Source: Polyangiales bacterium
Lineage (GTDB): Bacteria; Myxococcota_A; Polyangia; Polyangiales; JADJQN01
DNA: 64,000 nt
NCBI GenBank assembly: GCA_964202905.1
Contig: CAXNJO010000008.1
Span: forward strand, 128,001-192,000
Reading direction: 5' to 3'
The position numbers and the translations under genes were made by a program. Positions 28,929 through 38,589 of this stretch are shown here, one piece after another. Under the pieces are notes generated by a model. The model did no database searches, was not told the DNA's origin, and saw nothing but the letters and a program-made list of their open reading frames with translations. Within the stretch, counting starts at the first letter, position 1. Each line of letters opens with the position of its first letter.

Positions 28929-31348
28929 CGGACGCGCACGGTGCCCGCGGGGACGCGGTTGGCGTCGTCCTTCGGGCCGCGAACGATCGCGAGCCGCGAT
29001 TCACCGCTGTAGAAGCCGATGTACATCGTGTACTCGCCCGGACGGTAATTGGCTGGCACCGCGAGAACCTGCACGTCGGCCACGACGTCGCCGACATCCC
29101 AGAGTCGCGTGGGGTATTTGTCGTCCACCGGCTCGTGATCGCCGTTGAGCCGCTGCCCCTGCCCGTCGACGTGGAGGAAGATCTTCTGCCCGCCGGGCAC
29201 GGCACGCAGCGCGCGCCAGTACCAGGTGACCTTGAACGACTCGCCGGCGCCGACGTAGCTGCCGTGCGGCAGATCGAGGTCGTAGCCGACCAACTCGATC
29301 TTGTCCTCGAAGAACGCCCCCACCCGGTGCTGCACCGCGGGCGGCGCGGAGAGCACGTATTTCGCGAGGAAATTCTGGTTCTCGCGGCCGCTCACGGGCT
29401 CGCTCGCGACGAGCACCACCCGCGCGCTGCGCGCGTCCGCCACGAAGAGGTGGCGCTGCGTGCGCTGGCGAAAGGCGCGGTCGATCGCGGGGAGCTCGTC
29501 GGCGGGGAACGCAGCCCAGCGCCGCCCCGGCTCGGCGAGCCAGGCGAGGAGCAGGGGCTGACTCGCGATCTCCCGGATTTCTCCGCGCGCGTAGTAGGCC
29601 GCTGACCGTCCACCGACGCGGTACTCCGCAAGCGGCTCGCCCGGGCGCGCTTCGGCGTTGTAGGTGTCGTAGACCTCGCGCGGAGACAGATGCGCCGAGA
29701 GCGCCGGCAGGTAGCCGTGCGACGCGTACACGCCGACGAGCGCCGCCGCGAAGAGGGCCGGCCAGAGGCGTAGGTCTCCGAGCCGCGCCCACAGCCTCGG
29801 GACGGCGTAAATACCGAGCGCCGCGACGGGAAGAGCGAGCGGCACGAGCAGCAGACGCTTGCCCCACTTCACGACGATCGACGTCAGGCCGAGGCGCTCG
29901 CCGCCGACCGCGCAGACGATCCCGAACACGACGATCCCCGCGAAGACCGCGCCGGCGCCGCCCATCCAGATCTTGAAGGCGAGCGGCCGCCGCCACTGCG
30001 CGCGCAGCAACCGAAAGGGCGCGGCGGGCTCGAGCGACGGACGCCCCGCGTCGGCGCCGATTCCGAGGAACGCGAGCGCCCCGAACACACCGAGGACGAC
30101 CGCCCAGGCGCGCTTCGGCACGAGGATCGGGTTCGACGCGGCGGTGTTGAAGACGTCCGGGACCGTGATCTCGCCGGCGCCGAGGCCCTCGATCGGCGTG
30201 CCCGGGAAGAGCGCGAAGTCGCGGATCACGAGCCCGGTCAGCATCGCGACGATGAGCCCGGCGCCCCAAGAGCCGCGGCCGCCGCGCTCGAGGTCGCGGA
30301 GGTAGAGCGCGACCATCGCGCCGAGCGCGACGACCGGCATGAATGTCGTCGGTCCATAGCGGGACTCGAAGAGCGTCTCGGCGGCGTAGCCGAGCGTCGC
30401 CCAGGCGACGAGCACCGTGCGCAGGGGGCGGTCGCCGCGGGCTGCGGCAGAATCGCCTTCCGCCGAGACGGGCACGACCGGGGCGCCGACGAGCATCGCG
30501 CCGACGGCGAGCGGCAGGACGGCGCTCCAAGGTGCGAACGCGTGGAAGAGCGCGTCGATCGCGTGGTCGAACGTGGGCGGGTTCCCGCCGCGCGGGGTGC
30601 CCCCGAGCCAGTGCGTGTATCCGGCCTGATCCGCGGCGACTGCGGCCGCGGTCATCATGCCCAGGCCGACGGCCAGCGCCGTCACCGTCCACGCAGCACC
30701 CGCGGCCCACGGGTCGCGGCGCGGGCGGAGGGTCACGCCCTCGAGGCCTGCGGCGATCGCCACGGCGCCGAGAGGCGGGAGCACGCCGACGAGCACGCCG
30801 CCCGCCGCGGTACCGAGCGCCACACCCGCGGCGAGCAGCAGCATCCAGAGGCCCGTCGCGCGGGCCCGGGCGCGCGCGTCGGCCGCGGCGCCTGCCGGCA
30901 GGAACACGGCGGACGTCGCCGCGAGCGCGATGAGCGCGTGCGCCGCGAAGGTCGGCGCGTGGCCAAGCATTTGCCGTGCGTTGAAGAGGAAGAGCGGCGT
31001 CGTCCCCGCGACGAGCAGCGCGTAGGCGCCCGCGCGCGCCCCGGCGAACCGCGCCACGAGTCCGGCGCCGAGCAGCAGCGCGCCGAAGCCGGCGAGCCCG
31101 AGCGGCAACCGCCCCGCCCACTCGTGCACGCCGAACGTGCGGAACCCCCCGGCCACCAGGTGCGCAGCGAGCGGTGGCTCCCGCAGCGCGACCGCCACAC
31201 CCTCGGCGATTTGTCGCGCCTCGTCTGCCGCGCCGAGCTCCCAAGGATCCCAGATACCGAACGACGAGAGCCCCGCGAACACGGCGATGACCACCGCCAC
31301 GAGGGCGAAGGCCCACGCGATCGACGCACTGATTCTGTCTGGCCTCAT
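28925..31348 (-). CDS. ArnT/PMT-like (GT-C fold) membrane glycosyltransferase with C-terminal soluble domain
   Basis: GIWDPWE, PPL, FGVHEWAGRLP, many TM segments, C-terminal Ig-like domain (IELVGYD..KIFLHV..PGEY..GFY). Confidence 0.7.
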   Translation of the reverse strand: MRPDRISASIAWAFALVAVVIAVFAGLSSFGIWDPWELGAADEARQIAEGVAVALREPPLAAHLVAGGFRTFGVHEWAGRLPLGLAGFGALLLGAGLVARFAGARAGAYALLVAGTTPLFLFNARQMLGHAPTFAAHALIALAATSAVFLPAGAAADARARARATGLWMLLLAAGVALGTAAGGVLVGVLPPLGAVAIAAGLEGVTLRPRRDPWAAGAAWTVTALAVGLGMMTAAAVAADQAGYTHWLGGTPRGGNPPTFDHAIDALFHAFAPWSAVLPLAVGAMLVGAPVVPVSAEGDSAAARGDRPLRTVLVAWATLGYAAETLFESRYGPTTFMPVVALGAMVALYLRDLERGGRGSWGAGLIVAMLTGLVIRDFALFPGTPIEGLGAGEITVPDVFNTAASNPILVPKRAWAVVLGVFGALAFLGIGADAGRPSLEPAAPFRLLRAQWRRPLAFKIWMGGAGAVFAGIVVFGIVCAVGGERLGLTSIVVKWGKRLLLVPLALPVAALGIYAVPRLWARLGDLRLWPALFAAALVGVYASHGYLPALSAHLSPREVYDTYNAEARPGEPLAEYRVGGRSAAYYARGEIREIASQPLLLAWLAEPGRRWAAFPADELPAIDRAFRQRTQRHLFVADARSARVVLVASEPVSGRENQNFLAKYVLSAPPAVQHRVGAFFEDKIELVGYDLDLPHGSYVGAGESFKVTWYWRALRAVPGGQKIFLHVDGQGQRLNGDHEPVDDKYPTRLWDVGDVVADVQVLAVPANYRPGEYTMYIGFYSGESRLAIVRGPKDDANRVPAGTVRVR

Positions 31349-31423
31349 TCTCGCGCTCGTCCCCGCGTCGGCCCGCGGCGCGCCGAGACTAGACCGCGCA
31401 TCCTGAGAACGCCAGCGCGGGCG

Positions 31424-33001
31424 TCAGCGCGCTCGCGCACGCGGAACGTCGATGTCGTCCTCGTCCCCGTCGAACGTGTCGGCGGGGGGCGGGGCGCCCC
31501 GGTCCGTCGGCGCCGCGGCGAGCGGGATGTGGGCGAGTTCTGCGGCGAGCTCCCGGGCCACGCGTCGGAACGCCGGCAGCGACCCGGACGACATCATCCG
31601 GCCGGGGCCGTTCAGATGGCGGGCCGGGTCGACGAACCGGCCGCGCCGCTGCAGCCCGAAGTGCAGGTGCGGTCCCGTGGAGCGCCCGGTCGTCCCGACG
31701 GCGCCGATGACCTGGCGCTGCCGCACGGTCGCGCCGACGCGGATGCCCCGCTCGATCCGAGAGAGGTGGGCGTAGTAGGACTCGAAGCCGTCGGCGTGCC
31801 GGATGCCGACGAGGTTCCCGTTGGGGCCGCGCTCGCCCGCCCAGAGGATCGTGCCGTCGGCCGCGGCCCACACCGGGGTCCCGCTGCTCGCCGCGTAGTC
31901 GACCCCGTTGTGGGGCTTGATGCGCCGCAACACGGGGTGCATCCGCCGCGGGTCGAAGACGGACGAGATGCGGTCGTAGGCGACGGGGGTGCGCAGCCAA
32001 CCGCCGTGCATCGAGCGCCCCGTCTCGTCGAAGAACTCCGCGCTGCCGTCCCGCGGCGTGAAATGGAAGGCGCGGTGCGCCCCGGAGCGCGCGCCGGTGT
32101 ACTCGAGCGCGTGCACGGTGCCGTAGCGCAGGAACTCGCCGTGGATGCGCTCCTCGTCGACGAGGATGCGGAAGGCGTCCCCGGCGCGCGTCTGCGTGCC
32201 GAAGTTCACCTGACTCGCGAGCGCGTCGACGAACACGCCCACGAGCGAGCGGCCGAGGCCGTTGTGATCGAGCGCGTCGCCGAGCGAACCGGAGACGTGG
32301 CCGCCCTTCGCGACGCGGACCCGCTGGATGGGCACGTCGACCTGCCTGCCGACGAGCGCCCCTCCGGGGCCGCGCCGGACGGCCTCGTAGATGTGCGTGC
32401 GGTCAGCGTGGTACTCGAAGCGGACGAGCGCGCCGGTGGCGTCCCGCTCGTAGGTGAGTTGGTCTTCGGGGTGGCAGCGTCGGAAGTCGAGCACGCCCGT
32501 GAGCGCAGCCGTGAGGCGCTCGGCCTCGTCGCGGCTCGAGCCCGCCGCGAGCAGCGCGGGCTGAAAGCCCCCGGCTCGCCCGAACGACAACGTCCGCCGG
32601 GTCGTCGCGTCCGGGGAGGTCGGCGTGACGTCGTCGGTCGGGGGAGGGCCCGCGTCGAGGCGCGGCGGTGCGGCGAGGGCGGCCGTCGGGGGCGCGGCGA
32701 CGGCCACGCCGGGCGCGGGGACCGCGGCACCCGCCGCGCCGTCCACCGCGGACGCGCCGAGGGCGGCCGGCACCGCCGGCGCGCTGACCGACGAGACCGC
32801 CGACTCGGGGCTGCGATCGAGCAGACCGGGTACGAACAAGGCCGCGACGGCGCCGCCTCCGAGCGCCGCGACGACGGCCGCCGTGGTCACTAGGTGCCGC
32901 GTGCGGCTCGCACGCCGATCCCCGCGCAGGACGGGGATGTCCACGGACGGGAGGGGGCGGTGGGTCCGGATGCCCTCCTGCGGTGTCTCCTCGGCCGCCA
33001 T
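31424..33001 (-). CDS. M23 family metallo-endopeptidase (MepM-like)
   Basis: RMHPVL, HNGVDY, YAHLS, VGTTGRSTGPHLHF; N-terminal TM anchor. Confidence 0.92.
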   Translation of the reverse strand: MAAEETPQEGIRTHRPLPSVDIPVLRGDRRASRTRHLVTTAAVVAALGGGAVAALFVPGLLDRSPESAVSSVSAPAVPAALGASAVDGAAGAAVPAPGVAVAAPPTAALAAPPRLDAGPPPTDDVTPTSPDATTRRTLSFGRAGGFQPALLAAGSSRDEAERLTAALTGVLDFRRCHPEDQLTYERDATGALVRFEYHADRTHIYEAVRRGPGGALVGRQVDVPIQRVRVAKGGHVSGSLGDALDHNGLGRSLVGVFVDALASQVNFGTQTRAGDAFRILVDEERIHGEFLRYGTVHALEYTGARSGAHRAFHFTPRDGSAEFFDETGRSMHGGWLRTPVAYDRISSVFDPRRMHPVLRRIKPHNGVDYAASSGTPVWAAADGTILWAGERGPNGNLVGIRHADGFESYYAHLSRIERGIRVGATVRQRQVIGAVGTTGRSTGPHLHFGLQRRGRFVDPARHLNGPGRMMSSGSLPAFRRVARELAAELAHIPLAAAPTDRGAPPPADTFDGDEDDIDVPRARAR

Positions 33002-33138
33002 GACGCGGGGAAGGGTTATCAGGCCGCTCGGAGGATGGCAAACGCGGCCTGTTCAGACGTGCAGGGCTGCTGGTCCCGATGTCCATGGCGCAGCGCGTCG
33101 CGAGCCGTTAGACTCGCCCGATCGCCGGGGAGAACTGC

Positions 33139-34128
33139 ATGGACGACGCTGTCGAGGACGTGACGTTCCGGGACATCCTTCGCGCCTGGCCGGTGGTGCA
33201 CCGTTATCTCCAGCGGACACCGCTCTATCGCAACCCGCTCCTCTCCGCGCGGTGCGGGTTCGATGCGTACGTCAAGCACGAGAACCACCTGCCCATCGGT
33301 GCGTTCAAAGTCAGGGGCGGCGTCAACCTCTTCGCCAACCTCTCGGACAAGCAGCGCGCGCGGGGCATCATCACCGCGACCCGGGGCAACCATGGCCTCA
33401 GCATCGCGTACGCCGCGCGGACCTTCGGAGCCCGGGCCGTGATCTACGTCCCGAAGGGCAACAACCCCGAGAAGAACGCGCTCATGACGGCGCTCGGCGC
33501 CGAGCTCGTCGAGTTCGGCAGGGACTTCGATCAGGCGCGCGAGGAGGCGGAGGCCCGCGCCAGCAACGACCTCATGCGCTTCGTCCACCCGGCGAACGAC
33601 CCGCTCCTCGTCGCCGGCGTCGGCACGTTCGCGATGGAAGTCGCCGAAGACCTGCCGGACGCCGACGTCGTCATCGTCCCGATCGGTGGCGGCTCGATGA
33701 TCAGCGGCGCCGTGCTCGCGCTCCGCACGATGCGGCCGGACGTCCGCATCATCGGCGTGCAGGCCGCGCGTGCTGCGGCGCTCGCCCGCTCGCTCGAGGT
33801 GGGCTCGATGACGACGGTCGAGTCCGCAGACACCTTCGCCGACGGGCTCGCGACCCGCTACGCGTTCGAGCTCCCGTTCAGGGTCCTCCAGCGCTTCCCG
33901 GTCGATCAGATGGTCCTCGTGACGGAGGACGAGATGAAGACGGCGGTCCGTCTCGCGCTCGAGACGACGCACAACCTCGCCGAGGGCGCCGCTGCCGCGA
34001 GCTACGCGGCCGCCTGGAAGCTCCGCGACGAACTCAAGGGGTTGCGCGTGGTCGTCGTGCACAGTGGCCAGAACATCGATCGCAACACCCTGCGCTGGGC
34101 CCTCGGGACCTTCGATTACGATGCCTGA
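33139..34128 (+). CDS. PLP-dependent serine/threonine dehydratase family protein
   Basis: KHENHLPIGAFKVRGG, TRGNHG, VPIGGGS, TFADGL, AEGA, SGQN. Confidence 0.9.
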   Translation: MDDAVEDVTFRDILRAWPVVHRYLQRTPLYRNPLLSARCGFDAYVKHENHLPIGAFKVRGGVNLFANLSDKQRARGIITATRGNHGLSIAYAARTFGARAVIYVPKGNNPEKNALMTALGAELVEFGRDFDQAREEAEARASNDLMRFVHPANDPLLVAGVGTFAMEVAEDLPDADVVIVPIGGGSMISGAVLALRTMRPDVRIIGVQAARAAALARSLEVGSMTTVESADTFADGLATRYAFELPFRVLQRFPVDQMVLVTEDEMKTAVRLALETTHNLAEGAAAASYAAAWKLRDELKGLRVVVVHSGQNIDRNTLRWALGTFDYDA

Positions 34129-35092
34129 ACTCTCTCCCGACACCGACACCGACACCGACGCCGAGGTCCTCGAGCATCTGCGCGGCCTGGTCCGCGAGCA
34201 CGAGGTCGTGCTCTTCATGAAGGGCACGCGGCTCGCTCCCGAGTGCGGGTTCTCAGCCCAGACGGTCAACGCGCTCGACGGTTTTCTCGAGTCGTACGAG
34301 ACGGTCGACGTGCTCGCGAGCCCGCGCCTCCGCGAGGGAATCAAGCGCCTCTCCGAGTGGCCGACGCTCCCGCAACTCTACGTGCGCGGGCAGTTCATCG
34401 GCGGGGCCGACATCGTCGCCGAACTGCGGGAGAGCGGCGAGCTCGGCGCGGTGCTCGGCCACGAGCGCCGCGAGACGCCCCGACCGACGGTCGCGATCAC
34501 CGGCCGTGCGCTCGAGGCCCTGCGCGGCGCGCAGGCGTCTGCACGCAGCGAAGCGGGTGAGGACGAGACCCTCCTGCGCCTCGAGATCACGGCACAATTC
34601 GTCCACAACCTCTTTTTCGGGCCACGGGAGCCGAGCGACGTCGAGGCGGACACGGCGAGCCTCGTACTCCTGCTCGACCCGACGAGCGCGCGCCGCGCCG
34701 AGGGGCTCCGGATCGACTTCGTCGATGCGCGGGGAGGCGGTGGCTTCGTGCTCGACAACCCCAACGAACCGCCGCGCGTGCGCGCGCTCTCGGTCGAGCA
34801 ACTCGCCGCCATGCGCGAGCGCGGGGACGCCTTCGTGCTCCTCGACGTGCGCACCCCCGAAGAGCAGCGCACCGCGTCGATCGCGTTCGCGAGGCCGCTC
34901 GACGACGCGGGCCGTGCGCTGCTCGAGGGGCTCGAGCCGGACGCGCGGGTCGTGTTCGTGTGCCACCACGGCGTGCGGAGCCGGGCTGCCGCCGAGCACG
35001 CGCTCCGGCTCGGGTTGCGCAACGTCTGGAACCTCGAGGGCGGCATCGACGCCTGGTCCGACCGCGTCGACCCGGGCGTGCCCCGCTACTGA
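34121..35092 (+). CDS. grxD: Monothiol glutaredoxin (CGFS) fused to HesB/IscA-like and rhodanese domains
   Basis: VLFMKG..PECGFS..WPTLPQLYV.GQFIGGADI; middle LLLDPTSARRAEGLRIDFV..GFVLDNPN; rhodanese LLDVRTPEE..CHHGVRS..NLEGGIDAW. Confidence 0.88.
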   Translation: MPELSPDTDTDTDAEVLEHLRGLVREHEVVLFMKGTRLAPECGFSAQTVNALDGFLESYETVDVLASPRLREGIKRLSEWPTLPQLYVRGQFIGGADIVAELRESGELGAVLGHERRETPRPTVAITGRALEALRGAQASARSEAGEDETLLRLEITAQFVHNLFFGPREPSDVEADTASLVLLLDPTSARRAEGLRIDFVDARGGGGFVLDNPNEPPRVRALSVEQLAAMRERGDAFVLLDVRTPEEQRTASIAFARPLDDAGRALLEGLEPDARVVFVCHHGVRSRAAAEHALRLGLRNVWNLEGGIDAWSDRVDPGVPRY

Positions 35093-35097
35093 GCCGC

Positions 35098-35937
35098 GTG
35101 CGCCTTCACGAGGTCGTCGTCGAGGGGCTGCCCCCCTGGCTCGACGCCGCGCGGCTGCTCGGGGAGGGGGCCTTCCGCTCGTCGCCTCAGGCCGACGGTT
35201 CGTTGCAGGCCACGGCGCGGCTCGACACCGCCGCCGCGGCCGACCTCGGCGCTCGGCTGCGCGGTGTCGGGATCGGCGGGTGGCGCCTCGCCGTGCGGGT
35301 GGTCCCCGCCCTCCCGCGTGAGGCGGTGCGCGCGGCGCGGCTCGCCGAGGCGCGTCGCCGCCGCGACGGCACGCCCGGCTTTCTGCGTAGCGGCACCCGC
35401 CTCGACGCCGAGGGGCGCGTGTCGCTCACCCCCGAGGCGATCGCGGACGCCTTCGCCGCCGAACTCGTCGCGTCCGGTGTGCGCACCGTCCTCGACGTGT
35501 GCGCGGGCGCGGGCGGCGACGCGATCGCCTTCGCCCGGCGAGGCCTCCGCGTCACGGCCGTCGAACGCGACGCAGAGCGCCTCGCGCTGCTCGCGCACAA
35601 TGCGCGGCGGTACGGCGTCGCGGGTCGGATCGCCCTCGTGCACGGCGACGCCGTCGACGCGGCGACGACCCACACGGCCGACGTGGTGTACGTCGACCCC
35701 CCCTGGGGCAGCGCGTACGACCGGGCCTGCGTTCCCCTCGAGGCGCTCGCTCCCTTGCCCGAGGTGCGCGTCGCCCTGGCGCTCGCAGCAAGCGGCGCCC
35801 TCCTCATCGCGAAGGTGCCCCCGAGCTTCGACGTGCGGGCCGTGCCGGGCGCTTCGGCGCGGGCCGTCTTCGGGGAGGCGCCGGGCGACTGGCGGCGCGT
35901 GAAGATGTTGCGCGTGGCGCTGCCGACGCGCCCTTGA
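35098..35937 (+). CDS. SAM-dependent amino-methyltransferase resembling trimethylguanosine synthase (Tgs1)
   Basis: LDAEGRVSLTPEAIA, VLDVCAGAGGDAIAFA, HNARRYGV, VYVDPPWGSAY. Start inferred. Confidence 0.7.
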   Translation: MRLHEVVVEGLPPWLDAARLLGEGAFRSSPQADGSLQATARLDTAAAADLGARLRGVGIGGWRLAVRVVPALPREAVRAARLAEARRRRDGTPGFLRSGTRLDAEGRVSLTPEAIADAFAAELVASGVRTVLDVCAGAGGDAIAFARRGLRVTAVERDAERLALLAHNARRYGVAGRIALVHGDAVDAATTHTADVVYVDPPWGSAYDRACVPLEALAPLPEVRVALALAASGALLIAKVPPSFDVRAVPGASARAVFGEAPGDWRRVKMLRVALPTRP

Positions 35938-35962
35938 CGTCGCCGCGCATGTCGGCTACACC
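35934..35962 (+). promoter_or_regulatory. Promoter of tRNA-Val
   Basis: TTGACG-N17-TACACC. Confidence 0.55.
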
Positions 35963-35982
35963 GCGGCTCCCTTGGGGATTTT

Positions 35983-36057
<75 letters not shown>

Positions 36058-36060
36058 GCA

Positions 36061-36079
36061 GGGTCGCCACGGGCGACCC
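36061..36079 (+). terminator. Hairpin after tRNA-Val
   Basis: GGGTCGCC-ACG-GGCGACCC; no clear U-tract. Confidence 0.45.
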
Positions 36080-36104
36080 GCTGCCCGCATTGTAAAGGCG
36101 CCTC

Positions 36105-36219
36105 GAGGCCGCGAGTCTCGGCGCCACGCGGCCGCGCGTCTCGGCGCCACGAGGCCGCGAGTCTCGGCGCCACGAGGCCGCGAGTCTCGGCGCCATGAGG
36201 CCGCGGGTCTCGGCGTCAC
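36105..36219. repeat. Tandem repeat, 5 x 23 bp (GAGGCCGCGAGTCTCGGCGCCAC)
   Basis: Contiguous copies at 36105, 36128, 36151, 36174 and 36197, each with 0-2 mismatches; no spacers. Confidence 0.93.
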
Positions 36220-36476
36220 GAGGACGTCGGGCAGACAGACCGAACGCCTGTCTCGCCGCACCGTGACCCGTGTCGTCGTAGCCCTCTGCGCGGTGGCTCC
36301 CCGCACCGCGGCTCCCTGAACCGCGACTTCCCTGCGCGTCGGCATCGCGACGGCCTCGCGCACGGCGCGGAGCGGCCAGCGCGTCGCGGCGATGCCTCGT
36401 TCGGCGTGGGCGTGCTAAGCGCTCCGCCGAGCGGGCGTCCCGGCGCCCGCATGCACCCGAGGAGCACGCTCGTCCC

Positions 36477-38489
36477 ATGGAATCCGCATCCCTCGTCACG
36501 GCTCGTACGGTTCTCGAACAGGCTGCGCTCGCGCAGGGGCAGAAGCTCGGCGGCGACGTCGTCGCGGCGCGCGTGGGCGGCAAGGTCCTCGACCTGCACA
36601 CGCCGCTGCCGCTCGGCACCGACGCCGCGGCGGTCCAGGCGATCCGCGGGGACGATCCCGCGGCCCTCGAGGTCATCCGCCACTCGGCGGCCCACGTGAT
36701 GGCCGACGCCGTGCAGCGGCTCTTTCCTGGAACGCAGGTGACGATCGGCCCGTCGATCGAGGACGGCTTCTACTACGACTTCCTCCGGCCGGGCGGACAG
36801 CCGTTCTCGGACGATGACCTCGCCGCGATCGAGGCCGAGATGAAGCGGATCGCCGCGGAGGACTACGCCTTCCATCGCGAGGTCGTGTCGCGCGAGGCGG
36901 TCGAGCAGCTCTTCGGCGGACTCGGCGAGACCTTCAAACTCGAGATCATCGCGCGCGCCGACGGCGAACTCACTCTCTACCGTCACGGCCGACCGGGTGA
37001 GCACGACTGGGTCGACTTCTGCGCGGGGCCGCACGTCCCCTCCACCCGCTTTCTCCGCGCGGTGAAGTTGACGCACGTCGCCGGCGCGTACTGGCGCGGC
37101 GACGAGCGCAACCCGATGCTCCAGCGCATCTACGGCACGGCGTTCGCCCATGAGAAGGCGCTCCGCGAGCATCTCGCGGCGCTCGAAGAGGCGAAGAAGC
37201 GCGACCACCGCAAACTCGGCAAGGAGCTCGAGTTGGTCGGCTTCCACCCGCTCGCGCCTGCGTCGCCCTTCTTCCTTCCGCGCGGCGCGAAGGTCTATCA
37301 GGGCCTCATCGACTACGTCCGCTCGATGTACGTCCGCACCGGCTACGAAGAGGTCGTCACGCCGCAGATCTTCGACAAGCACCTCTTCGAGACGAGCGGC
37401 CACCTCCCGAACTACGCCGACAACATGTTCTTCGCGATCACCGAGGAGAGCATCGAGCATCTCTCGGCCGCGCTGCCGAAAGTCGCCGGCGCGCCAAGCG
37501 AGCTGCCCGCGGCCTACGCCGCGAAGATCCGCGATCACATCCGCTTCGGCGTCAAGCCGATGAACTGCCCCGCTCACGCGCTCTTCTTCGGGATGACGCG
37601 CCGGAGCTACCGCGAGTTGCCGCTGCGCATCGCGGACTTCGGACGCTTGCATCGCTTCGAGCGGAGCGGCGTCGTCCAGGGCCTCACGCGCGTTCGGACC
37701 TTCGCGCAGGACGACGCGCACATCTTCTGCACGCTCGACCAGATGGCCGGCGAGATCGGCGCGTTCATCGACCTCGTCTACGACGTCTACCGCGACTTCG
37801 CGTTCACCGAGGTGCGGGTCGTGATCGCGACTCGCCCGGAGAACCGGCTCGGCTCGGACGAGGTGTGGGATCGCGCCGAGCAGGCGCTCGAGCACGCGGT
37901 GCGCGAGAAGGGGATTCCGTATGAGGTCGCCGCGGGCGAGGGCGCCTTCTACGGCCCGAAGATCGAGTTCCACCTGAAGGACGCCCTCAAGCGCTCGTGG
38001 CAGCTCGGCACGATGCAGGTCGACTTCAACCTCCCGGAGCGCTTCTCGCTCACGTATGTCGGCGATGACAACACGGAGCATCGCCCCGTGATGCTGCACC
38101 GCGCGATCCTCGGCAGCGTCGAGCGCTTCTTCGGCGTACTCGTCGAGCACGTCGCCGGGGCGTTCCCGACCTGGCTCGCGCCCGAGCAGATCGCGATCGT
38201 CACGGTCAGCGAGAAGGTCGACGATTACGCGCGGCAGGCGCACGCGGAGCTCGTGGCTGCGGGACTCCGCGTCGTGCTCGACACGTCGAGCGAAAAGCTC
38301 GGCGCGAAGATCCGGCATGCCCGCCTCAAGCGCGTCCCGTACATCGGCGTCGTCGGGCTCAAGGAGGCCGAAGGCCACGGACTCGCGTTGCGGTCGCGCG
38401 ACGAAGACAAGGATCTCGGCTTCCTTCCGCTCGCCGACGTGATCGCCCGCCTCACCGCCGAATCGCTGCCACCCTCGCGTCGCGCGTAG
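36477..38489 (+). CDS. thrS: Threonine--tRNA ligase
   Basis: RHSAAHVMA, DFCAGPHV, GAYWRGDE, RDHRKLG, KPMNCPAH, GLTRVRTFAQDDAHIF, GAFYGPK, HRAILGS. Confidence 0.98.
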   Translation: MESASLVTARTVLEQAALAQGQKLGGDVVAARVGGKVLDLHTPLPLGTDAAAVQAIRGDDPAALEVIRHSAAHVMADAVQRLFPGTQVTIGPSIEDGFYYDFLRPGGQPFSDDDLAAIEAEMKRIAAEDYAFHREVVSREAVEQLFGGLGETFKLEIIARADGELTLYRHGRPGEHDWVDFCAGPHVPSTRFLRAVKLTHVAGAYWRGDERNPMLQRIYGTAFAHEKALREHLAALEEAKKRDHRKLGKELELVGFHPLAPASPFFLPRGAKVYQGLIDYVRSMYVRTGYEEVVTPQIFDKHLFETSGHLPNYADNMFFAITEESIEHLSAALPKVAGAPSELPAAYAAKIRDHIRFGVKPMNCPAHALFFGMTRRSYRELPLRIADFGRLHRFERSGVVQGLTRVRTFAQDDAHIFCTLDQMAGEIGAFIDLVYDVYRDFAFTEVRVVIATRPENRLGSDEVWDRAEQALEHAVREKGIPYEVAAGEGAFYGPKIEFHLKDALKRSWQLGTMQVDFNLPERFSLTYVGDDNTEHRPVMLHRAILGSVERFFGVLVEHVAGAFPTWLAPEQIAIVTVSEKVDDYARQAHAELVAAGLRVVLDTSSEKLGAKIRHARLKRVPYIGVVGLKEAEGHGLALRSRDEDKDLGFLPLADVIARLTAESLPPSRRA

Positions 38490-38589
38490 TCCGGGGTGCG
38501 CCCCCCCTTGCGGGAACGCGCCCGGATCGGTATGGAGCCTATGCAGAGTCCCGGAGAGCCCTCCGCTCTCCCTTCAGGAGGAAGTTCCC

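Noticed and set aside
34139..34162. GACACC hexamer repeat as a contingency locus
   Set aside because: In-frame (DTDTDTD), short, in an N-terminal linker; copy changes would not shift the frame.
36105..36219. CRISPR array
   Set aside because: The units are contiguous with no unique spacers, and no cas genes are in the window.
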